Source of the DNA: Babesia bigemina
Taxonomy: Eukaryota
DNA: 64,000 nt
Assembly: GCF_000981445.1 (NCBI RefSeq)
Contig: NC_027216.1
Span: 2,108,001-2,172,000, forward strand
Reading direction: 5' to 3'
A program made the position numbers and the translations under genes. The stretch's first letter is position 1; each line of letters starts with the position of its first letter. A model generated the notes under the pieces. It saw only the letters and a program-made list of their open reading frames with translations. It was not told the DNA's origin and ran no database searches. Shown here in pieces: positions 1-11,257 of the stretch.

Positions 1-529
1 CGCCGCTGACTCCAACCAATCGGTTTCAATGGCAATAAATGATCGATGAAGTCAAGCTACATAATGTGTAAAGTTGTGAGTCAGATGTGTTATGTTACGG
101 GTGGAATCAGGTGAAATAAATAGGCAAATTTGCCAACATGCAACGATGGCAGTTGCAACTACACATATCCGTCGTAGACTGTCAAACGGTACTTTACCAA
201 GAGATTCTGTAGTGTTTATGGTGCCATGTCCATAGTAGACGTCGTATAATGGTGCCACATCTGCAAATGTAGGCAACCATCTCATCCACTCAGCTGTAAA
301 GCGAAGCTTAGCACTTAAGCGGCAACGGTCTGCACCTATTCACGTTTTCTACCAACTACTGTTCGGATTAGTGCTATTAACTGACAATCAATGTTGCGTA
401 TTCTCACTTGAATGAGGCGCATTTAACCGTACAAAACTCGCTTCAACACACGCCCGCCTCTGCGCCAGTATAAACACTCAAATATTCCTAACTATACAGC
501 AACCGTCGTGACGGATTGCAATACGAAGA

Positions 530-748
530 TCACTGAACAAGTGTGCTCGATGTTTGAGGAAGTTCCTCGTCGTCGTCGAAGTAGTCGACGTCTTTGTAGA
601 GTGAGAGCAACTTCCGGCCGTCCGTGAGTAACGCCCTGACATCGATGACGTGAGATACCTTGTAGCGCATGATGTGAGAAAGTATGTGGAGCGTGTCGAG
701 TCTATCTAAAAAGACGTAAACTAGGTCACCTCGGTCAATCCCGTTCAA
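530..748 (-). other. Possible coding fragment or terminal exon of an unknown gene
   Basis: 72-codon open frame (GIDRGDLVYVFLDRLDTLHILSHIMRYKVSHVIDVRALL...DYFDDDEE) with protein-like composition and C/G-ending codons. It starts at TTG, not ATG, and no upstream exon was found. Confidence 0.25.
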
Positions 749-920
749 CGTAAATGCTTATTCGGTATAGTTCGTGAAAATCCCGCTAACTGCCTGCCGA
801 TGCATTATTGCGAAACATTTAATAATAGATTTGCAGATACGCGTTGCGCCGTTCGTCCATAACACGATTATCTATGAGATTAGACAACTTGTTGGAGTTT
901 AAGAGTGCGATGCGTAACGT

Positions 921-1070
921 TTATTTTCGGGCGAAAAAATCGAGGACCCTGTGGAACGGCCGGATGCGGAAGTAGACCATGACGCAGATGACGACGATGA
1001 TGAGGGCGACGGCGGCGATGATGTAAGGGGTGGTTGCTATGGTCATTTCACTGCTCATGTGCCTGGTCAT
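921..1070 (-). pseudogene. Orphan TM + cytoplasmic tail cassette of the Cys-rich TM family (or a 49-aa micro-ORF)
   Basis: Hand translation gives MTRHMSSEMTIATTPYIIAAVALIIVVICVMVYFRIRPFHRVLDFFARK*. The tail is nearly the same as that of 1415..1861 and 18345..18722, but there is no Cys-rich ectodomain. Confidence 0.7.
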
Positions 1071-1169
1071 CAACGCAATCACTACTGTCTAGAACATTAG
1101 ATGGCACTTGGCAGTTAGGTGATCGGTGGGATTTGGATGAACGATTTATGCGCTAACAAATTGCTAAGA

Positions 1170-1331
1170 TCAGCTGTAGAACGCGATGCAGAAGGGTATC
1201 TTGCGGACGAGGAAATCGCAGATGTTGCGGCCCACCGGAAAGCGGAAGATGCACAGGTCGAGCAGGATGATGGCGAAGATGATGGCAACGATGACGGCGG
1301 CGATGGCGGAGTAGGGAGGGGGATGGTCACC
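1170..1331 (-). pseudogene. Orphan VESA1-type C-terminal TM/tail fragment
   Basis: Hand translation, in a frame not shown in the ORF track, gives GDHPPPYSAIAAVIVAIIFAIILLDLCIFRFPVGRNICDFLVRKIPFCIAFYS*. This matches my recollection of Babesia VESA1-family C-termini (LLDLCIFRFPVGRNIRDFLVRKIPFCIAFYS). An in-frame TGA lies directly upstream and there is no ATG. Confidence 0.75.
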
Positions 1332-1414
1332 TCACTGCTCACGTGATTGTTTATCAGCGCAATTATTACTCTGTCAAGCACATTGGATGTCAATTGCCAG
1401 TTAGGTGATTGTCA

Positions 1415-1861
1415 TTAGCTGCGCAGTAGATACCGCACCCTGTGGAACGGCCGTATGCGGAAGTAGATCATGACGCAGATGACGATGATGATGATGATGA
1501 TGGGAACGATGATGTAAGGGGCGGGGTTGGGGGATGGTAAATTAGAAACGATGGCAGCTGAGTCTTGATAGCCGGAGTGCTGCTGAAGAGTGGAGGGACC
1601 GGGGCCTTGGGCGGTAGTTAGTTGAGTGGTATGAAGGGAACGGTACTCGGCAGCTCGTTTCTCTAGACAACAGTAACATGAACAATAGGAAGTACACTTA
1701 ACACATCCCTTAGAGTGGCACGGCTCAAAACTTTTGCGATTTTGGGAAATCGGACGACATCTAAGACACATTCTAATGCACCCACTACAACACCAGGGAC
1801 AGCACCTGCAGTCAGGACGCTGACATTGTGGATCACATTTACACCGCTCACCCCAACTCAT
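1415..1861 (-). CDS. Small Cys-rich single-TM protein, subfamily A (ves-related tail YFRIRPFHRVRYLLRS)
   Basis: 148-aa ATG ORF with an N-terminal CxC/CC-rich domain, a Ser/Thr/Pro linker, a hydrophobic TM (IIVPIIIIIIVICVMIYF) and a short basic tail. Paralogue at 18345..18722. Confidence 0.8.
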   Translation of the reverse strand: MSWGERCKCDPQCQRPDCRCCPWCCSGCIRMCLRCRPISQNRKSFEPCHSKGCVKCTSYCSCYCCLEKRAAEYRSLHTTQLTTAQGPGPSTLQQHSGYQDSAAIVSNLPSPNPAPYIIVPIIIIIIVICVMIYFRIRPFHRVRYLLRS

Positions 1862-1867
1862 CTTCCC

Positions 1868-1997
1868 CTCCCAGTCCCCTCAACCTGCAGACATCAATCA
1901 CCTAAGCAGCACTCACCAACTGCAACACGTACCACTGCCGCTCCCAGTCCCCTCAACCTGCAGACATATCAATCACCTAAGCAACGCACTCACCAAC
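1868..1997. repeat. 73-bp-period tandem duplication, each unit containing a minus-strand mini-intron (1885..1916 and 1958..1993)
   Basis: ctcccagtcccctcaacctgcagacat...aatcacctaagca...cactcaccaac starts at 1868 and again at 1941. The minus strand reads GTGAGT...TGCAG in both units (32 and 36 nt). Confidence 0.85.
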
Positions 1998-2666
1998 CCA
2001 CTCTCATTCCACGCACCTCAGCCAAGGCAACTGAGCTCCCATCAGCTTCAACATCAGCCAGGTGCCCGTCGTCCCGCGAATAGCCAGCCACATTACGGCT
2101 ATGTAGCTATAATAACGGAACTATGACCTACTCAACGCATGTGAACGGTATCCTAGCAGTGACATGCAGGTCAACTGGTACGTGTTGAGCAGTCAACTCC
2201 ATCCATCACATACCGTGCAACGCTGCCACAGCAGCTTATCAGTTACATCACATTGGTGTCATAATGAGTGCCTAAAAGAGATGTAGTACGCAATTAACAC
2301 GTTCCTCATCTATACCGATGCCAACAATGTCACCTAACTTCGCCGTCCATTGGCCATCACATCAGAGTCCGGGATCCATCCATTGCCCAGCGACTCACAT
2401 TGCGGTCGTGGCAACTAGTAACACAGCAACTACATAAAGAATCATGTAGCACAGCACTTACCAGCTGCCTACCTTGGTGCCCGATCACCTAGCTTCACGG
2501 TGAGATGACGCAGACACCTCTCACAAGTGACTCATCACTCAACGTACCGGGAAACTGATGTAATGACGCATTGGCCAAGTTGAGGTTTAGGTTCAGGTCA
2601 CCACTTTGGTCAGGTGTTAGGTCATCGCTTAATATAACAACGAACTACTATTATTATTACGTCCTA

Positions 2667-3337
2667 TCACCTTACAGTGTGCTGTGTAGCTACATGTGAC
2701 TTGTTCTACTGTTCAGTTTACCAAGGCTGCCGCCTCGCGCTGGCACCGGCTGCGGGTTCCGAGTCTGTCCATTGCCGATCGTCACTGGTGCCATCCATGC
2801 GGGCATCCATCCAGGTTGGGCCTGAGGGTCTTCTACTGAGTCGTAGTCTTCTCTCGGTTTCACGCTCCTCATCACTATTTAACGTGTCTTGAATCCATAC
2901 CCTTTTGTATGGATTATGTTATGCGTTGCGCATTATACGTGCGATTACTGGATTCAGGGTAGTTCGTTAATGCTGCGTGCTCTCTTACTGAGTCGGTCCA
3001 CGGAGACACGACATTTTTGCCTCGCTCTACAGCTCCACGTACAATAGCCCCGCTGCCCGATTGTGATACAGCTCTACTAGAATGCATTAGGTGGGCATTA
3101 ACAACTGAGCCGCAAGTTAAGAGGTGAAAAGCGTACTTGGCACTGGGCACCCAACATCTGTGCACTATGGGGTTACGCTGAGTAGCAATGCCATCACTGA
3201 CCTTCAATGCTTATAATCTGTGTTGCATTACTGCGTGAGTACTACATACTGTATGAGCAGCGGACTTCGTAATATAAACCACCAATATTTGCATCGGATG
3301 TCACATGGCTACAGTAAGGCTATGTGGGCTCTGTGAG
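2667..3337. repeat. Left arm of ~670 bp inverted repeat (partner 6513..7182)
   Basis: Reverse complement of 6513..7182. Both arms give the identical 97-aa shadow ORF (2914..3207- and 6642..6935+). The few mismatches seen are near the ends. Confidence 0.95.
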
Positions 3338-3346
3338 ACCGTCAGA

Positions 3347-3631
3347 TTATTGGAGGTCACACTTCGAAGTGGCGGGTTTGTAGCCAGTTAGGGCGTAGTC
3401 TATTTGGTCGATGACTGTACCAAAGCTCATCTTATAGACTTTAGAGCATATGTAAAGCACCAAAATGAAGAGTCCGAAGAAGCCGATTGCGCCCGCAAAA
3501 GCGACGCCAATGCAAATGCCCAGCCTTCGACCACAACAATCACATAGGCAATACCAGTATTTGCATTCCTCACATCCATCGCCTTGGCATTTATTGCCAT
3601 TAGTTCTACATTGGCAGTTCTGTTTCACCAT
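3347..3631 (-). CDS. Small Cys-rich single-TM protein, subfamily B
   Basis: 94-aa ATG ORF: Cys-rich N-terminus, TM (ICIGVAFAGAIGFFGLFILVLYIC), tail KVYKMSFGTVIDQIDYALTGYKP. Paralogues at 6240..6500 and 15949..16155. Confidence 0.8.
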   Translation of the reverse strand: MVKQNCQCRTNGNKCQGDGCEECKYWYCLCDCCGRRLGICIGVAFAGAIGFFGLFILVLYICSKVYKMSFGTVIDQIDYALTGYKPATSKCDLQ

Positions 3632-4279
3632 CTTTCCCCTCAGATTACTTGACCCTGCACGATAACCAAATTACCTCAGGCGTTTGACGCTTTCGACCGA
3701 CTGACGATATACAATGCCAACAGCAATAGCTATGACATGCGGTCCTTATTGTACTGGGCGGCAGTGATGCTGGATCTCGCAACTCTACTATGCCATTAAC
3801 TCGGCAGCCAGCATGCATTATGATGGTACTTCCATGACAAGCGAATAAGGGACGGCACTTCAATGTACATTATCCCAGACCACTGTAGCAACCCCACCTA
3901 TAATCTGCTTCGTTCCAATATATGGATGCAGCACTGAGCGCCTGGCTGAGCTGCGGCAAGTGATTGCCATTGTACTGGTTACTACAATGTTGCCACTACA
4001 AACGCCATCTCACTAACATGTCACTTGCTAACCTACCAGATGGCCGATCACGTCACATGACACGGTTTCTTCGGACAAGAACGTGACCTGTCAGTGGCTG
4101 TTCCAATTTCGTCCTACGACGAAGTCCCAACCCCAACAAATTAGCTAGCACGACGTCAGCAGAACCACATAAACTAAAAGGTTGGATTGTTAAACAAGGC
4201 TAAGCAACAGTAGCGGAGAAGCTAAGTATGATGGTTGGCCCTTTGCATCTGTCCTAAGTGCAATCCTTATGCCAAGTGT

Positions 4280-4387
4280 CTAATTGCCCGCAGTGCTAGG
4301 ATATAGGAGATATAAGGCCACGCAGAATAAGGCGGCAAGGATGGCGGATACAACAAGACCGATGTAAAGCCAGTTACGACTACTACC
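4280..4387 (-). pseudogene. Possible decayed TM-segment remnant
   Basis: Hand translation GSSRNWLYIGLVVSAILAALFCVALYLLYPSTAGN* is bounded by stops and has no ATG. It resembles the TM segments of neighbouring family members only in character. Confidence 0.3.
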
Positions 4388-6239
4388 TCACTACTTATTA
4401 CCAGTTACATCCTATCCACTAGATGACCCGGACAAACCCAGTACTGCGATGGCCAATGCAGAGGTTGGAAGCAGTCAGTTTTGCGATACTGTAATTAGTG
4501 CAGCAAATATACTATGGATTATGTGTTGTCTTGCGCAGACGCATATGTAAGCAATATTGCAAGTTTTAGTAGCAATGCTACGTTCACCATTCGTGACAGA
4601 TGGTAGGCATGGGATTGCGTAGCGTCGTACAGCGTTGAGAAAAAATTCAGTAATCAATGGCAGAATAGATGCAATGTTATATTTGGTTATGTTACGATTT
4701 TAAATCTACAGCCTCCATCGCATCTAGTGCTGTGCTGGACGCGAGGCGCATAAGCAACTATTTGTGTGATTGAGGCTACACGCAGAAACATTACTGTAAC
4801 CGTTTGGTATTTGAAAGCAGTATTTCGCAAGTAAAACACATGACCCCGCCATAATGGTTATGACGAAACCCAGCGCTCTCCGTTATAGCTGGAAGTAGCC
4901 TCGCGCTGGACCTAGACATTCACGCGCAATTTCGAAGCGTTATTACCCTATTGAGTCATACACATCTGTATATATCACATACTTCAACATCGTTCTCATT
5001 TGTGACCCTCGGCAACATCTATTGGAACCTTTTGCGGATATCTGAATAGAACTATTTTGCCTCACATCAACTGGCTTCGGATGGCACAATCACCAAAGGC
5101 CAGATCAGCAATGAAGCTACAACGTTTTAGAGCGCATCGACCAATTAAGCATCGTTGCGATGCAGAAATGATTTGCGAACAGCCGTTGAAAACCCTCTAA
5201 TTAATCCCCTTCCTTACATCACGATTCCACCGTAGTCGGTGGAACATTGTGGCCACGCCTTTACGAGAGGTCAATTATCTGCCGTTTGGACATGGCGTCC
5301 CATACATTAAGCCGTATTCAACAATTGATAATATCATCATGAAATCCCTATCCAAGTTTGCTATATGGGTGGCAGCGCCAGTGCTTGAAGCGATGTCTAC
5401 ATTACGTCGAATTGACGATTGACCATCCGTGATTCTAACTTAATTAGTGCTACACTGCACGTAGATAAATGTCAACGAATTAAGGCCATATTCAAATGGC
5501 TCCTACCGGGGGCGCATTTCCCAGGTCTTGTGACTGCGCATTGGTACGCCGCTTTATTCTGTGATAACATTGTACATCAATACTCTCTCGACAGAACCGT
5601 ATTCTGTTGTGTTGAAGACAACAATATAAGCAAGTTTCGTTAAACATTCCAGGTACACTAGACTTTGTTCCCCGTACATACCACTCACAAACATCTCCTT
5701 TGATAACCAATTAATGGTCGCGACTAAAACCTGGCATAAATGTGGGGGTTGTTAACGGCATACGTATAGTTACACAAATGGTAGGTTTTAGGCCACTTCA
5801 AAAGCAGGGGAGCATCGGTATTCGATTTGCAGTCTACCCATGACATTGAGAGGGGAAACTCAACTAGGTTTACAGCGCATGAATGGCGCCTGTTGGTATA
5901 TGTGGATTGCAACCGTAGGTGAGGCAGCGAAAACTTATTTAGGTGAACAAATGATATGCTAATGCTAAGATTGGGAGCATGATAGCCTGATTACAAGCGA
6001 GATACCGAGTTACGTCAGGCATTGGCAAACCGGCCTAAACAACGCATGCTGGGAGTGGCTATTCTTGGCGTGTCAGCGTTGAGAGATCTGGAATTATGTT
6101 AGCCCCAGCACAATTACTACGAGTGTATAAACGTGTTAGTATACGCACTGGATACTGCTAATTGGCCTAAAGTTCTATCAGATTTAGGTGCGTTGTTCAT
6201 TGCTCTGCAGGGTTGTTTGCCGAGTTATCCTAGGAAAAG

Positions 6240-6500
6240 ATGTCGCCTTGTAAATGCAACAAGGGCACGGAACCATGTGATGAACAGTGTAAGGACTGCC
6301 AAACTATTAGTTGCAAGTGCAAGTGCTGTGTAGACAGCGCAGTGTTTTGCTTTTTCGTCGTGTTTTTCAGCATAATCGGCTTAGCAGGCCTCGTTTTCTT
6401 GGTCCTTTATATCTGCGCGAAAGTCCATAAACAAAGCCTCATGACAGTTTTGGACCAACTATACGATGCGTTCGCTGGAACAAAGCCTTCACTACACTGA
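6240..6500 (+). CDS. Small Cys-rich single-TM protein, subfamily B
   Basis: 86-aa ATG ORF: CKC...CKCKCC, TM (VFCFFVVFFSIIGLAGLVFLVLYIC), tail KVHKQSLMTVLDQLYDAFAGTKPSLH that aligns with 3347..3631 and 15949..16155. Confidence 0.8.
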   Translation: MSPCKCNKGTEPCDEQCKDCQTISCKCKCCVDSAVFCFFVVFFSIIGLAGLVFLVLYICAKVHKQSLMTVLDQLYDAFAGTKPSLH

Positions 6501-6512
6501 TATCTCATCGGC

Positions 6513-7182
6513 TTACAGAGCCCACATAGCGTTGCTGTAGCCATGTGACATCCGATGCAAATATTGGTGGTTTATATTACGAAGTCCGCTGCTCATACAA
6601 TATGTAGTACTCACGCAGTAATGCAACACAGATTATAAGCATTGAAGGTCAGTGATGGCATTGCTACTCAGCGTAACCCCATAGTGCACAGATGTTGGGT
6701 GCCCAGTGCCAAGTACGCTTTTCACCTCTTAACTTGCGGCTCAGTTGTTAATGCCCACCTAATGCATTCTAGTAGAGCTGTATCACAATCGGGCAGCGGG
6801 GCTATTGTACGTGGAGCTGTAGAGCGAGGCAAAAATGTCGTGTCTCCGTGGACCGACTCAGTAAGAGAGCACGCAGCATTAACGAACTACCCTGAATCCA
6901 GTAATCGCACGTATAATGCGCAACGCATAACATAATCCATACAAAAGGGTATGGATTCAAGACACGTTAAATAGTGATGAGGAGCGTGAAACCGAGAGAA
7001 GACTACGACTCAGTAGAAGACCCTCAGGCCCAACCTGGATGGATGCCCGCATGGATGGCACCAGTGACGATCGGCAATGGACAGACTCGGAACCCGCAGC
7101 CGGTGCCAGCGCGAGGCGGCAGCCTTGGTAAACTGAACAGTAGCACAAGTCACCTGTAGCCACACAGCACACTGTAAGGTGA
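6513..7182. repeat. Right arm of ~670 bp inverted repeat (partner 2667..3337)
   Basis: Reverse complement of 2667..3337. It begins about 12 nt after the stop codon of 6240..6500. Confidence 0.95.
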
Positions 7183-7647
7183 GAGAACATAATTTAAAGG
7201 GTAAACTTCACATTACTGTCTCACCATCTTAATTTACAAGTAATCACTAGTACGCAAATTACTCAGCATATCTTCATTATATACGTACTTTACAATTCAT
7301 GCTAACAGAAAATGTATTATGTAAGCGCGACAGATTGAAATCGTCATTAAGTAGTGTCCTGCCGAACTGCGTTCAGAGGCTTTCATGAATCAGCCGTTTT
7401 CCCTCATCACACTCACAACTCGATGCTTTAATACGCGTTGATGCATTTTATAGGTAATATAGAGTAACCCATATTAAGCGAACATGTTTTCGGCTGTTAT
7501 GTTGCAATTTCGTATGTGTTATCCGAGTACTTATGTCTAGATTGCCCATACTTGAATAGTACTCAATAATCCACTCACATGACGAACTCGTAATATGTGG
7601 AGTAGTTTTAGGCGGCTCTAATGGTTGAATTCGACGTATAATGCGTC

Positions 7648-8058
7648 TCACTTTCCAGTTGAAGCGAAGAGTGCGGTTCTTTGTTTCAGCTGGATAGATA
7701 CTACGGTGGCCAGTGAGATCATCGTAATCAGCGCGGCCAAACATGACCAAGCCGCGATAACATTGAAAATATAGTCGCGCCTGCTGACATGAAGAGTCGT
7801 CTCGTGTATTATGCGCCCCGAATGTAAACCTCCAAGACAAGCTAGCATGTTTCCGTAAGCTTGCTGTAACACTGAAATGGCATCTAATGAATCGGCGATC
7901 GGAAGGTGGCTTGACCGCGCCATATTACGGACCAGCTCGCCTGCAATGGTGCTTGACTTGGATTCGATTGTTGAATTATCACCGCTGATATCGCGTTTGG
8001 TTCGTTTAACGTGTGCCTCATACGCATTAAGCAGCTTCTGATAGGTGGACCGACGCAT
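7648..8058 (-). CDS. Hypothetical protein with C-terminal hydrophobic segment
   Basis: 136-aa ATG ORF with helical character, ending in a probable TM (IFNVIAAWSCLAALITMISLATVVSIQL). No family recognised. Confidence 0.35.
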   Translation of the reverse strand: MRRSTYQKLLNAYEAHVKRTKRDISGDNSTIESKSSTIAGELVRNMARSSHLPIADSLDAISVLQQAYGNMLACLGGLHSGRIIHETTLHVSRRDYIFNVIAAWSCLAALITMISLATVVSIQLKQRTALFASTGK

Positions 8059-8721
8059 GCTGGCGTATTATCGATGGTTACATTTGATTCCGTGCAGGAT
8101 ATATGATTCATAAAGTGGAAGGCATGTTGCGATTATTGTACGCAACGGTGAACCGCTTTACAATAATCAGTGTTAGCGGATAACTATACTCTCAGGAAAC
8201 ATATTTCAATCAGTGTATGTTACTACCAGCAATTAACTACCTTAAAAAGAACAGAATACGACCGATACATCTCAATATTCACATGAGATGCGCCTGCATC
8301 GCACGACTACAAAATGTCGCTCGTGGCCAGGCAGGATGGTACCTAACAGTATGTAATCCAACTCATTCGGTAACTAGACCTCGTCCAACCAACAAGTAAT
8401 AAGAGGTAATGCATTTCATGCCACATCACCACAATGCAGTTAGTCGGCCGCCATAGTGAATTAAAGTTAAACCATGAAATTAATCGTGTATGTGATCAAA
8501 TGTTAACCTCATATGGCTAAAACTTTTGGGACCATCAACTGCACGAGGGCAGCTTGTATGTATGCCCAACTACGAGTCAGGGCGCTCAAAAATCTACGCA
8601 CTGAAAATTTTTATTTCATAAACCGTTGGGGTAACGCAATTGCGTAACGCACCAGCTGTAGATACTGCATCTGAGCAATAATTTTGAAAATTGCTATAAA
8701 ACATCATAATGTAATCCACCT

Positions 8722-10147
8722 TCAAGGCGTATCCGATGTCTCCGAAACCAACGATTCATCTGCTCTCTCGTTTGCCTTAGCATCGTGTGGGTAGGTGAAA
8801 AAGAAGGCGGCGTAGCACAGGGCGTTTGCTATGGTACCGGTAAGCAGAATGTACATAATGGACTTGCGCAACGCATCTCCATTGTTGACCCTCGTCTCCC
8901 TGAGCATGGTTGCTATCGGTTCGGTTGACGGCTTGTAGCCAAAGGCCTTCTCCGCTAAGAAACCGCAGAGAGGAAGGAAGAAAATGGTGCTCAGGACACC
9001 GGCGATACAACGGATCAACCCAGTGGCAGAGGCCTGGTACTTCTTCTGCACCACCGACGCCAATATGGGCCTATCAATGCTGCTCACGGTCATTAGGCTT
9101 GCACCCAGTGTCATAAGCTCAACGATGTGGTACCACGATACATCACCATCAGGCGCAGGTCCCATGAACAACGCAATGCATGCAACCAGGCGAATGACCA
9201 TAATCACATTGGCTGCGTGAAGCCTGCCGTAATCGTTGCTTTTCTTGTGGCACCAATCGACAATAAATCCGCCGAATCCTCCTCCAATGCAGCCACCGAT
9301 CAGCGTGAGCCCGCACGTGATACCGGCTTTCATGTCCGTGACGCCCGAGTACTGCAGGAACAGAATGATGTAAGCGAAGGCGCAGAACGGCGCGTCCGAA
9401 ATGAACACGACGAGCAGCAGCAACTTGCAGGTAGCGGTCTGAAAGATGGCACGCAATGTATCCTTGATGGAACTTCGCTCCTCCATCGAGACAGGGCAAT
9501 CTTGGCCGTTCACGGGCTTCAAGAAAAACACAGTGATTGCCGACATAGTTAACCACACCAAACCTAATCCCAGGTAGCACGGACGCCAGCCTGGGTAGCC
9601 CATGATCTTGAAACCCGCCACGTATGTGACGAGCACTGCGGAGATGAGACGACCCAGACATGCCACACAATGCAATAGACCAAAAGCAGCTGCATGGCTC
9701 TTCTCATCGGTAGATAGCGTGATGAGCTTCTGAGTAGTCGGAGGGGTGCATCCCATGGCGCAGCCGTGGATGACACGCAATGCCAGAATCTGAGCACAGA
9801 TGAGCAACAGACAACGCAAAACTCACCACACCGAAATTCGACACGCAACCCATAAGCATGGTCGAGATTCCTGACAGTGCCATAGCCGTGCCCAGAACAT
9901 AGCCAATTCTGTACGCGTCGACCAGATACCCCCAAATAGGGCAGCAGGCCACCAACGCGACTGTCTCCACCGTAGCCATTATGGCTAACGAGGACGGTGA
10001 GAGCCCCAGCGTGATCTCGAACGCTCTCATACATACTGACAGCATTTGCAGGTCGTATCCGTCCATAAACGACAGGGCATGATATAGAATCTTGCCTACG
10101 ATCCCATAGCTGACCAGCTTGGTCTCACTAGTTATTTCCTTGACCAT
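8722..10147 (-). CDS. Major facilitator superfamily transporter, PAT/TFP (spinster-like) type, paralogue 1; exons 10147..9827 and 9789..8722
   Basis: A 37-nt GTGAGT..CTCAG intron (9790..9826) joins two ORFs in frame. Multiple TM helices. Motifs DGYDxQxL...RAFExxLG, PIWGxLxD and GWR resemble the Plasmodium PAT / Toxoplasma TFP family as I recall it. Confidence 0.88.
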
Positions 10148-10674
10148 TGTGTTTTATAATTTAAATAATTTAAAATATTAAAAGCGAATTTATATCGCTG
10201 GTATAATGTTAACTAGTGACCGCAGTGTAGACAGCACCAGTGTGCAATGTCGTTCCGGCTAGTGCGAAGCACAACAAACCATTATGTTGGCTATGGTACA
10301 GAACTATAAAAACGAATTATCTTAATGGAGACCATATTTATAACTCATATAACTTATGCACAGGGAAAATTCGTTCGTAACCAGGTGTGTAAAATGCAAT
10401 GCTGCTTAAGTGAAATAGGATGCGAACATCCCTTAAGCTTTTTATTCGGAACAAATGGCAGTCTAGTGCAACAACAAGCCATTTGCTTGGATTAAAAAAG
10501 CGTTGTCACATTAATGCGAAGCAACGCTCCACTTGCATAAACCTGTCTGATTTGTGCATTGTCAGACAATACACAGCCATAACTGTAGATTTGTGACATT
10601 ATATATACACGTCTAGAAACATGCAAATACATTATATATTTGAAACAACAGTTTAAGGTGTGTAGAATGAGCCT

Positions 10675-10924
10675 TTAGAAGCTCTGCTTGAGCACCTCGA
10701 TGAGCGCTTGTGACAGGTGGGCGTGTAGCGACGGGCGGTCCAGGACGGACTTGATGAACGCGACCGACTCCCGCTTCGTCGACTCCGCGCTCAGGAACTG
10801 CGCAGTCACGGACTTGCACTGAATAGTGATGATACGGCTGTTCTGGGCGACGTACCAGGTTCAGCGCCTCCGCATGCACGTTGGCGTTCGACAAGACACG
10901 CTCGCACAGCAGACGCTCGATGGC
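10675..10924 (-). pseudogene. 3' fragment of the membrane-protein gene at 29442..30432
   Basis: Reverse complement aligns with ~30120..30369 (AIERLLCERVLSNANVHAEAL, intron, CKSVT...LKQSF). It is diverged, 5'-truncated and has a premature TAA. Confidence 0.85.
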
Positions 10925-11257
10925 AGTTGCCGAATTTGGTGAAGCGTAAATGATCAACTGTACGTCAACTTATTTGTATGCAGCAAAGGTGGCTGCGGCT
11001 TCTCGACTTCGTTTTGTAAACTTTAGAATGGAGCTTGATTTCCTTCAATCTAACTATACACACTTCTTCCACAACCCATTAATGCTTTGGTGAGTGTATC
11101 TGGCCTAAAATATTAGTTTTCAACTAACACTTCAAAATCCAACCATATACGGGGATACGAAAATCGAAACCTACTTTGTCATCTGCATGTTTAAGATTGT
11201 CAAACAGTGATAGCATACACATGGTGTCATGCTCGATGACAGATAGTATACGACTCT

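Noticed and set aside
1119..1346. Acidic 75-aa plus ORF and the Ser/Pro-rich minus ORF 1115..1393
   Set aside because: Alternative frames of the VESA-tail fragment at 1170..1331.
2581..2625. Telomere-like GGTTTAGGTTCAGG..GTTAGG
   Set aside because: Too short and degenerate, with no TTTAGGG array.
2914..3207. Identical 97-aa ORFs in both inverted-repeat arms (also 6642..6935)
   Set aside because: TTG start and no protein-like features. Their identity only reflects the DNA repeat. No transposase motifs.
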